A DNA stretch of 64,000 bases, from NCBI RefSeq assembly GCF_009914755.1, contig NC_060931.1, one strand, 5' to 3'. The notes below the pieces were generated by a model. It had not been told where the DNA came from, made no database searches, and worked only from the letters and a program-made list of their open reading frames with translations. Made by a program: the position numbers and the translations under genes. Below are positions 53,285 through 64,000 of this stretch, piece after piece (position 1 is the stretch's first letter; every line of letters starts with the position of its first letter). This DNA is from the human T2T-CHM13v2.0 reference genome, Homo sapiens.

Positions 53285-54380
53285 GTAAGTATCCTTTCTG
53301 GCTCGGTTTAAATCGTGGTGGCCTTCTTGTTGCCTATTTGCAATGTCTTCCTTCTTGTCTCTCTCTCACTCTCTCTTGCTCTCTCTTTCTCTCAACCCTG
53401 CACAGGAATTTCCTGGCACTGCTAGGTCAATATTGAGATGAAGTCCGTCCCCAGGACCAGATGGTTCCTTAGGGAAGCAGGTCCCCAAAGCACACTCCCT
53501 GAATTAGTGGCTATCAAGGACCGGGTTCCATCTTAAGTAGTTGCTGATGTGCTGAGTCAGTCCTGCCACTTCAGAAGGTAGCAACTGATCAGCTTTCAGG
53601 GCATGAGCCACATAGCTCACAACTGAAATAACCAACAACAGGCACTCAGCTGGCAGGTCAAGCTGCTTTTATGTGTGTTTGAAGTCCCCTGCCATTCTAT
53701 TTGTAGGTGTCAGAGGAAATAAAAGAGAGCATGCCTGTGGGCGGGTGGGTGTGTGTGTACAATAAGCCACCTCAAGTGGCATGTGGGGGAAGCTGCATGG
53801 GCCGGAATCAGATGAGAAATCTCTGAACAACCATTCATAAAATAGGATAAGCCTGCAAGTCTGCCTCCCTAAATAGCCTATATATATGTATATATAGTTT
53901 TTAGAATGGTATTTGGCCCTAGGGATAGATAGTATATTTATCACATGCAAATAACAGCATGTTAAGATGGATGGGACAATGGTCTGATTTAATGTCAGTC
54001 ACGTTTAATGCAGTTTTTACTTATATATAAAACTGCAGAACATGTGCATAGATTGCAATTCACCAGGGACCAAAAATCCAGTAGCTATGGGTGCCTGCAT
54101 AGGCATCTGTGCCATAAAATGAGGACATGTGAGGATCTGTGTTTGGTCAAGTGTCATGAATGACCTGTTATAGCAGGAACAGTAGGATCCTCACATATCA
54201 TGGGGCAATTCTTAAAACAAAATGGATGGTTGCCATGACCTCCCCGACAAGTAATCCTCCTCAAAAAAGAAAAATAATTACATACATATATGTCTATATT
54301 CAATTATACTGATAATTAAGGCAAGAAAGATGCTTGTGGGTGGGGAAGAAAATGGAATGAGGCATTATGGAAAGATGTTA

Positions 54381-54701
<321 letters not shown>

Positions 54702-55516
54702 TCACCAGACTAACCTGGATGCTGTTGATCTTAAAGATGGGTCAACACCAGAGTTTCAGGATACATATGCATTTTCCATCAACTGTATTTTAGGTTGTTT
54801 AGATATACAACCCTCTCCAGAAACTCTAGTCTGACTTGCATAAAGTTAAGGATAAAGTGAATTTAATTATAGCCAGATTTCCCCTAATTAAAAAAAAAAA
54901 CTTTTCCTCGGGAAGAGTCAAACTTTGTTACAATTCAATATTCTGTATAAGTTTCTGCAAAATACTCCATTTCTAAATGGCAGCAAGGTCATAAATTTAG
55001 GATAAACTGTTAAGCTTTGGTCCTGAAAGAAAAAGAACCAAAGTTAAGCATCTTACAGAGAAGAAATAAGTTAAATATGAAAAAGAAGTACAAACAACCT
55101 CCTACTAATACAGTGTTTCGCACAAGGTAAATAGTTAACATGTGTAAGATGGACAGAAAGATGAATGAGTGGATGGGCAGACAGCAGACAGTCAGATGGA
55201 TGGAACTGGGTTCTCTCTAGTCACTTGTCACAGCTGGGCAGTGAAGGATTAGCCTTTTTCAGAAATCAATAACAGAGATACTTTAATGGGCCAGATAGAA
55301 CTTTCATTGCACAGTAGCCAGTGGGACATATAAGTTCTAGGTTTATGATGAGTGAACCATATTACATATCCTCGGTATGAAATATATAGACGTGGGAAAG
55401 AGAGACTCTTTTACCACATGCAATTGAAGCCGGAAACTTCAAACCCATATGCAGAGACTGAATGACACCACGCTAGCTCCACAGTTGTCTCTGCAGGCCA
55501 GGAGAGTCTAACAGTA

Positions 55517-55531
55517 CCACTAGGGGTCGCA
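55517..55531 (+). promoter_or_regulatory. Candidate CTCF site
   Basis: CCACTAGGGGTCGCA, one mismatch to the core CCACTAGGGGGCGC. Confidence 0.45.
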
Positions 55532-55650
55532 CTTTGCCCTAACCCCTTGCTGGACTTGAGTTGCCACAAATTTTGAGCATGTTGTTTAGTTAAATCCCTT
55601 CTGTCTCAAAAGCAACTACAGAATGAATAGTACATGAATCATATCACTCT

Positions 55651-56244
55651 GGTTCCATAATTTGCTATGATGGCTCACAGAACTCAGAAATACATCTACT
55701 TGTTTACTATAAAGGATATGATAAAGAATACAGATGAACAGCTAGATGAAGAGGTACGCAGGGCAAGGTCTGGAAGGATTCCAAATGCAGGAGTTTCTGT
55801 CCCTGTAGAGTTGGAGTGCACCACTCTCAGAATGTGGATGTTTTCACCAACTTGGAAGCTCTCCAAATTCCATACCTTAGTGATTTTTGTGGCAGCTGCA
55901 TCATGTAGACATGATTGATTATTAACTCAATCTCCAGCCCCTCTTCTCTCCCTAAAAATGGAGGTGGGGCTAAAAGCTTCAAGCTTCTAATCATAGCTTT
56001 GTCTTTCTGATGACCAGCCACTATCATGAAGCTATCCAGGAGCCCCTAAGAGTCACCTCATTAGAACAAAAGATGTTCCTATCATCCAGGACATTCCAAA
56101 GGATTTAGGAACTCTGTGTCAAGAAGTGGGGTCAAAGACTAAATATTAGAACAGAAGATGCTCCTAGCACCCCTATTTGTTAGGAAATTATAAGAGTCTT
56201 ATGAGCTCTGTGCCAGGAACCAAGGATGAAGACCAGGGATAGAT

Positions 56245-56290
<46 letters not shown>

Positions 56291-56325
56291 AGATATATAT
56301 ATATCTTATTACATCACAATATCAC
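55651..56325 (-). mobile_element. MER21-family ERV LTR with internal (AT)n expansion
   Basis: Homologous to 963-1960; ends atcacaatatcac; (AT)n run at about 56247-56285. Confidence 0.75.
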
Positions 56326-59300
56326 CAAAACTTTGGTCAAAACCATGGCCAATGACTCCTCCATGTCGTTGTCAAAGACTGTCATCCTAGTGTTGGCTAA
56401 CCTGCCATATGCCAGATGAACTAGAATAGGTGGATCATACAAAAGTCTTGCCAACTACAAGCAAGAGAATGCTGGGTTAATACCTTAGTAATGATACAAG
56501 ATGTTCATATGCAAAGAAAGCACGTCTGGGCTCAGAATTACCAAACATGCAGATTATTAGAAAATCTGCACAATACTTATTTATAGCACCTACACACCTT
56601 GCCTTGTGTTAAACCTTGCTCAGTCTCCATAATCATCAGAGGTGGATATGGTTTTTATAAGCAGGGTTTTCAGAAAATCAGAAGAAAAGTCAAACAAGTA
56701 CTTGACAAATGTCCCAATTAGGTTTAAGATTTACAGTGCACTGTTTAGAAATAGGTAGGTTTAGGGTTTTGATCACTTGCTGGATTTTTTTCCAGTATAC
56801 ATTTTCTAAACACCTAAGCTCTATCCTTAGACAGCAAATGACTTATAGTTAGCTCCAGAAAAAAAACAAAACTATAAAGTGAACTTAAAGTTGCATGCTG
56901 ATGGCATATAGCACAGTGAAACCCCTGTTTCACAATCCATGCCATTTTCTACATCCCAAAGAGGTCACCATATTGCAAAAATACTGTTCTCCCAAATTGC
57001 ATTGCAAACTCCCAAATGGCTTCCTATTTCTCAGAAATATGTGGTAAATATGCCCATTATTTGCTGTGAGAATAGCACTAAAAAGCAGACAGCTATTTAC
57101 ATAACATAGTTAATTAATTCATACCTTTGGAAGCTTCTTTAAAGGTGTATATTACTCTCATAACAATCCCACAAATCAGGAATCATAGAAAGATGATGTT
57201 GATGCATGGTGACTATTCAACCCATTTAGCAGCACCTTACACTGATGCCCGGGCTAAGAGTGGGAAGGAGCTAAATTTAAAAAAAAAAAACAAACAGCAA
57301 AATAAAGCAAAACTCTGTCTGACTGATGCATCCTGAGCATTCAATTCAGTATGTGCCCAGTGACCACGCAACCAGATTCTACAAAGCAGGTTTGTTTTCA
57401 CACAGTTTGCATTTAGCACCCATAAAAATCTTTTTTACTTTCAGTCCATGCATCCCAGGCTTGATTTTGGAAACATCATCATTATGTTTATGAGTCACTG
57501 CCAGTTTTCAATGCCATGTTAGCCTAAGTCCCCAGGCCAGTTAATTCCTCTATAAGTTGATCAAGTGTCAGACTCAGGGTGGACCCTGGCCATCATTGCT
57601 ATTACTTTCTGGCCCTGTCTTTAATATATCAGGCTCATGTAATCTGGAGCAAACTTCTATAAAAGATGTCATTTCCTCCACCCTCCATAGAAACCTGAGA
57701 CTGGGTTTCCCTAGAGCTGGTTAAAAGTGCTGGATCCACCTTGTGAGAGATCTGAGGATTTTACCTGAAGTTCCCATCAAGGTGGCCTTCAGATTCATCC
57801 TTAAAATGAACCCAACCTCCCAAGAGCCAGGAGAATAGATGACAGAAAGCCAGATTGACCTATCCCAGGACAGAATGTGAAATTCTGAGCTGAGGGAGCA
57901 TTCCAGGGAGGACTCTATTTATCACAATCACCTCTTATTTCCCCTTTTCAAGCTGAAAAGTATATATTCCTTAAGGAAGGGAAACTCTTCTCCCAGTGAA
58001 ACAACCTCAAGAGTTTAAGACAGAAACTTTGGGATTAAAAAAAGAGCATTCGTCTTTTGATGAATTCAAAACATCTTACAGACAGCATCTAATGAATTCT
58101 CCCAAAGTGTGAAGACAAGTCCCACAGGTAGTAATCAGGGTAAAGCTAATGTTTATCTAGAAGTGGACCCCATTTTGAATGGGAAGACTTTTGTAGTCTC
58201 AGAACCCATGGAGCAAAACGGTAACAATAATATTTTGCCATCTGAGTTTTCTGGATAAGAACACTAATATAAAGAAATCTGAGTGTTCACCTCTGGCAGT
58301 CAACAAATTTTGCAGAGAGATGCTACTTTGTCCAATGGACCATCACCCTGTTTAAATTTCATAAGAATTTCTATTTTATCACGGAGCTAAGTAGAACCAG
58401 GAGAAAATACAAGAGTGGAAACTGTCAGAGGAAGAAGAAGGAATTCAGTTTCCTGGTGGAATAACTGTTTCTTGGGGGCCTCATGGAAGATACTGGGCTC
58501 AGTAGCCCAGGCTCCCATCCCTCTGAGCTTTAAAGTGAAAGTTTGATAATCCACACAACAGCATCAATGCACACAGACTAAAAGTCCACAGCTTCCTTTT
58601 CAACTCTGGTTATTGTCAGTGATCTGACAAAAAGCAGCCTGCACGATCACACATACGGATTTAGTTGATAGTCTCAAGGAACTAGTAAGGACACATAAAC
58701 AATAGAGACGGCAGAGGAAGGGAAGAAAGATTAGAGGACACATTTACATAAAATGTCAGCCCAAGTCATTGGGCTGCCGAATCCTGTGCCAGTGTCTGGT
58801 GGCAACACAGGCCTTGGGACTGGAGTAGACCATGGAAACCCTTCCAGATTAAAGACCTGCCCCTCACATACTGGTTAATCCAACTGAATCTCGCTGATCT
58901 AGAGATGGGGCTAACAAAGGCAAAAATTTTACTTTCCCAGCCCGCTGATTCCCAGATCTTGGCCACTTGCCATAAGTAGTGACAGTGGGGTAAGGAAAGG
59001 GCCAGGGTGGGATGCCTGCTCCGGAGCCCCTCCTCAACAGACCTGTCTGGCCCGTCAGTCCTATACAGGTGAGAGAGCAAGTTTTCTGTGTAGTGAAGCC
59101 TGCTGAATAATGGTAAAGGATCAGTAAAGACAATGGCACACAGAGTGCACCACACCCAGACTTGGTCAAGCCAGGGCCACAAAGAAAGATTTCTTTCTGT
59201 AGTTGTCAGCAGATCCCCTGCATCAGAATCGCTTGTGTTACTTGTTAAAAATGCACATCCCTGGGCCCAAAGCAGTGACTCTTATACCTGCCAAATTAAG

Positions 59301-61009
59301 AAAATCACAGTCCTAAAAGTGATATTGTTACATGGAACGTCTCCAGCTTTCCATCTTTTCAGTTTCAAACCTCCATGCTCACACCCTTGCAAGACTGCCA
59401 AACCCTTCTTCCCTCTCTCAGAGAGGCCAGACCCCTCTCCCACTGTACCATTCTGTACTCTCTGCTCTAAACCAGAGTTTCTCAGCTATTATTTTATTAT
59501 CACCCCACTCCCCCTGCAAGCAGCATTTTTAGGTGTTTTGTTTTTATCTTAATTGCCCTCCTTCCTCCCCACCCCGCCCCCCCATAACATTTTAATACCA
59601 CAGATATATTGCACATCTGCCCTGTTGATGTACTATGGCCCTTTGGGGGACCACACCATTGTACTAAGACTTTTCCTGCCTCCCCCTCAGAACCAATATC
59701 AGCCTCACTGGAAACGCATGCTTTAAACGCAGGGTCACAAAACGGGCTGAGCAGGGAGCAGGTTGGAGGCTGGGTGGTGTGAACATGAGGAGGAGCTGAA
59801 GGAGCAGCCAGAATCAGTTCCAGCCCACTGGACATTACCAAGTGCAAATGTACATCCGGGGCAGCCAAATCTTCTAACATTCAGAAGAGTTTGGGAAATG
59901 AAGATTTTCCTTTAGAAATAAATGTTTACATGTTAGCAAGTGATTTTTTTTTATGTAAACACTAGGAAAGCTGGGTTTTATTTGCACACTGCTCATTTGC
60001 AACTTTTGCTCTAGGGATTTCTTTCACGGGGAAAGGAAAAAAGGGCTCGAGACTGCGACTGCCGAAGTGAGCTCCCACAATCCTTAGCGAGCCCGGAAGC
60101 AGCTCCAGGCTGATGTGCTCGTGGGGTTTGGAATCCAGAGCACAGCCTCCACTAGGGACGGCCCGAACAAATCTCATTAGCCAAGGGTTGCCTGCCTTCT
60201 GGGAGTAGTTTTGGGAGAAAAAAACAGGACTTCCATTCATCTTAACAGTCAAACCAATTTTATAGTCACTGCCCACCCCTGCCCCGCCCGAGCTCATAGA
60301 TTCTCAGTGTGCTACACTGAAATATTCACTACTCCTAGCACGAACTCCTGCTTCACCCTACCAACCTTACAGGTCCCTACGGTGCCCTGCTCCTCCCTGC
60401 ATTTCTGCCTGTGTGCACGCTGTCACCACTGACCAGACTATATGGCTCCTTCATTCTCTGAAAACTGCCCATTGGGAAGACCTAGATGAATCCTCCCTCC
60501 TCTCCACTCTCCTGTCTCTGCACACCCGGTGTGGATGTCATACCATTAGTTCTTGATTATACTCTGCCTGACACTTTTCTCTAATTGTTTCTAATGCATT
60601 AGCATTGGATGCCAACCCCCTATAGACTGTAAACTCCATAGAGGCTGGAACTGTTTCTGAGGCTGGAACTGCCCCTCCCTCCATTCCAGACTCCCAGAAG
60701 TTACTTTTCAAAAATAATTAGACTGATTGCAGTAGTTGTACCACTTTCCAATCTTTCTACAACAAAATTATGAGTAATGACATTCTACAGGACTTTTGTC
60801 GTTGTTGTTTTAATGTGAAGATAAAAGACAATCTATACCTGTTTTGCTGATTCTGTTGACAGAGTCCATTTTCCTCAGGCTGGAGAAGATCCCTCCCCAG
60901 TAATGAGAAAATCTGTACATGAAGCTCCAAGCTCCCCACAGATATTAACATCTTTATTTAAAAGTCCTTGAAAATGGGCATTTGGCGTGCAAATGTTCTG
61001 GTTTTGTGG

Positions 61010-61043
61010 GTTTTGTTTTGTTTTGTTTTGTTTTGTTTTGTTT
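61010..61043. repeat. (GTTTT)n pentanucleotide repeat
   Basis: About 7 tandem units. Confidence 0.95.
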
Positions 61044-62093
61044 CACGACAACTAGAGTTTCCATAGTTCTCAGCCCAGAAGAGTAATATAGTCTGCCACA
61101 GTCCTTGGACAAGTACTCAAATTTACTGAAATTGATGGGCTATTGCGCAGAAAAAGGAAGAGAAAAACTTTTCACCTAAGTCCGAGGAATGAGGTGAAGA
61201 ACAATAGAGTCAGCTCACAGGGAGAATGGCTTTGCTACAGGCAGGATTGAGTAGCACTTTGAAATCTTCCACCATCCCCAACCCATGCTGTCTCCAGCTT
61301 GGTGTACGCTTTCATTTATCCAGGGATCAGTAGCCAGGGGGGGAAAAGTTTCATTCTCCAGCTGTTGTGTCATTTCCCTTGATAAGTCCTAAATTGACCG
61401 CGTTATCAGGCACCAAAGGAGCTTTCCTGTGGTAGGCATTTTTTATTATGTGCCCTTTCAGGGGACAAAGGCGTCTGTGTCAGTAAACTGCTATGGGGGG
61501 AAAAAGACAATATCATTCTCGCAGTTTCATAAGCATGCTCTTCTGAGGGACTAATGTGAATGTAAGAAATTAGGCAACATTATCATCTGTTAGCCTAGCT
61601 GTTAGCCTGACTGCTTTGGCGATCAGTTGAAGGAAAAATACAAAATACTATTGTCTTCAAGAGCAATTTTTAGCACTAAATATGCTAATTAAAACATTTC
61701 AAATGGAAACCTTTCCCTTTTTATATTTTTGCACAATATTTGAACATACTTATGGGCAAAATGGAGTCGCATTCCCATAGCAAGTGCCTCCCAGTGCTGG
61801 CTGTTATTTGTTAAGCCCTAAGGAACATGCTCTGGCATTGGGGAAGTGGCAGTGTGAACAAGCTGTGGTTTTATCTGGGACAGAAACATCTCGAAGGATG
61901 ATTTGTGGAGGTGTAATGAGTTGCGGATGGAGTGTTGGGTGTCTCACCTGGGAGACAAAGCGAACATTCTCTGAGGTTGGTTTCCTCACTGCTCTGCTGT
62001 TAAAGAGAGCCACTTTCTTATAAACCGTAATAAACAGATATTGCTCGGCTGTGTGTTGACGTATTGATCCTATTTTTAAAAACATCTCCACAG

Positions 62094-62262
62094 ATCCTCA
62101 AACGGCAGCGGGTGAGGTGGATGGGGTTAATCTGGAGGAGATCCGAGAATTTGCCAAAGCTTTTAAAATCCGGCGCCTGTCCCTTGGCCTGACCCAGACT
62201 CAGGTGGGACAGGCTCTCAGTGCTACAGAGGGCCCCGCGTACAGCCAGTCGGCCATCTGCAG
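62094..62262 (+). CDS. POU6F2: POU6F2 coding exon (169 nt, phase 1-2), N-terminal POU-specific domain: (N)PQTAAGEVDGVNLEEIREFAKAFKIRRLSLGLTQTQVGQALSATEGPAYSQSAIC(R)
   Basis: Unambiguous class VI POU-S signature; acceptor ctccacag|AT and donor CAG|gtaacg. Not in the ORF track; translated by hand. Confidence 0.98.
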
Positions 62263-64000
62263 GTAACGCGCGCCTGCATGCTGTCACCTCTTCTAGCCGG
62301 CCTGGGCCTCATTTGTCCTCGCGGTTCAGCTTTTCTTCGTCGGGTGGGCAAAGCTGGAGGGGCAGAGAGTGGGAACAAAGTTTGGGGGCAGCTATATGTT
62401 GGGATTGGTGATCTTGATGCAAACGACGCTGCTGAAGCAAATTTGGGGGTCCTGGCTTGATAACTCCTATCAACTCACAAAGAACTTCCAAGGCAGTCTC
62501 ATTGGAAATACACTACCCCAGGGTCAGGGGCCTTCCTCCTGGGCCCACACTCCTATGCAGCTGAGAGCCACCGACTTTGTCTGCACGTAGGTATTCTGAG
62601 CAAATGTTGTAAAGCTGCCATTCCTAATTTGTGTTAACGCCTTTGCTATTTCTGCCCAGAGATGGCTATCAGGATTTTCCAAGAAAACACACATTTTAAA
62701 AAAAAATTAACTATCTTGTGACCTTGAAGGTTTTAACTTGCCTTCCCAGACACAGCTTTAAAAGCACATTTATAAGAAATAAAAAATAAAAGAAAAGAAG
62801 CGGTGGCTGCTTTAAATGGCTCAGAAAAGGGTAGTGAGAATCTGGCCTAACCTTGCTCATCTCCCCCAAATTAAATAAATGAATAACAGAATCCAGCCTT
62901 GGTTGTGTTCAAGTTGATCCGGGTTAAGTGGTCAGAAGCAGGCCCCGTGCATGCATGTGTGTGTTGCACTAATCCCATGTTTATGCATGAGGTAACAAAG
63001 GCACTTCGGTAAGAGCTTTTTCCTCTTGGGCAATACCTTATGAGTCCTCCTCCAACAGGAAAAGCCAAGAAACCAACTCTAAACTCATTTAAGTGGATTT
63101 TGTTCTTGGTGATCCATGAAATGCTGTCTTTTTATCTGCTCTTTATACTTTTAATGTATTCCCCAAAGGACGGAAGTGTACTTTTCCTGCAGTTTAAGAC
63201 TAAGGTTATAAATAACATCAGTATGGGGTAGTAGCTTGCAGCTCACATTTTGCTCAATGATTTCCCATAAAACCCATTGATTGTTGTTAAATACAAAAAG
63301 CACCATAGGATCCTCTCACTTCTATGGCCTCCCCTACTGTTTTTTCTTATAAGATACCTCCCTGTAGAAAATAACCTTTATTCAGTCTATACAAGGATAC
63401 TACTGCTGGGAAATTTGTTTCAAGGCTTGTATATGTTATTCCAAACAACATGTACAGAAGTGTCAACACTAACAAACAGCATCCATGATATGAATACCAT
63501 TGCTCCCTGTTGGGAAACATTAATTTTGTTTCATCTTGACAGCCTTGGGATAAAGGCAGCCACAGGTTTTTAAGTTGTTGCCAATTTTCTATTGGTGCTA
63601 AATTCCTGTTTTGCTTATTTTTAGTCCTAAAACGTGATTTTCTTTTATTGATACAAGTGCTGGCTAATGTTTAACTCATACACTTAGCACTTCTTGGGCA
63701 TTCCCAATAAAGTATGTTGATTTCTAAAGTCTACCCCCAGAGAGAGGTCAAAAAAGCTGTGGCTGAAATGTGGAGACTTTGGGAATTCCTAGTATAATAG
63801 AACATGTCTGATGCCTTGACTTTTGGGCCTTTCTCTAGCTTCCAGTATTTCAGTGAGATCGTTTTAGGAGCTATCTACCAAGAAAAGAAAGAAAGACCGA
63901 GATCTTATATTGGAACAATTTAAGTGAATTCAAAGGGTGGTGAGGAACCTGCTTTGGAGGCTGCACACTCAGGCATCGCTTGTCCCTCATGAGCTGCAGT

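Noticed and set aside
62263-64000. The 36-aa POU-S insert, the rest of the POU domain or the homeodomain
   Set aside because: No FEKLDITPK or WFCN-type coding sequence seen; these lie downstream of the window

Overview
This is primate (very likely human) genomic DNA lying inside the large, + strand, multi-exon gene POU6F2 (RPF-1, a class VI POU transcription factor). Four internal coding exons splice in frame with canonical AG/GT ends: 8214-8354, 34656-34862, 53116-53284 and 62094-62262. They encode the Ala/Gln/Ser-rich region and the first part of the POU-specific domain. The start codon, the rest of POU-S and the homeodomain lie outside the window. The remaining ~99% is intron, containing eight Alus, a near-full-length old L1PA carrying a nested twin-primed younger L1 and an Alu, MER21/MER61/MLT1/LTR16-like LTRs, MIR/L2 relics, DNA-transposon relics and microsatellites. 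Nearly all listed ORFs are spurious or decayed L1/Alu. I see no novel gene system. The best leads concern hidden isoform control of POU6F2: (1) an intronic CpG island with an ATG placed directly on a splice donor, in phase with the next exon; (2) a candidate neural microexon; (3) RBFOX/QKI motif clusters, including in the intron that splits the POU-S recognition helix; (4) a divergent antisense transcript upstream of the first exon here. Several long fold-back structures are also present. Repeat subfamily names are from memory of consensus sequences and need RepeatMasker/Dfam confirmation.
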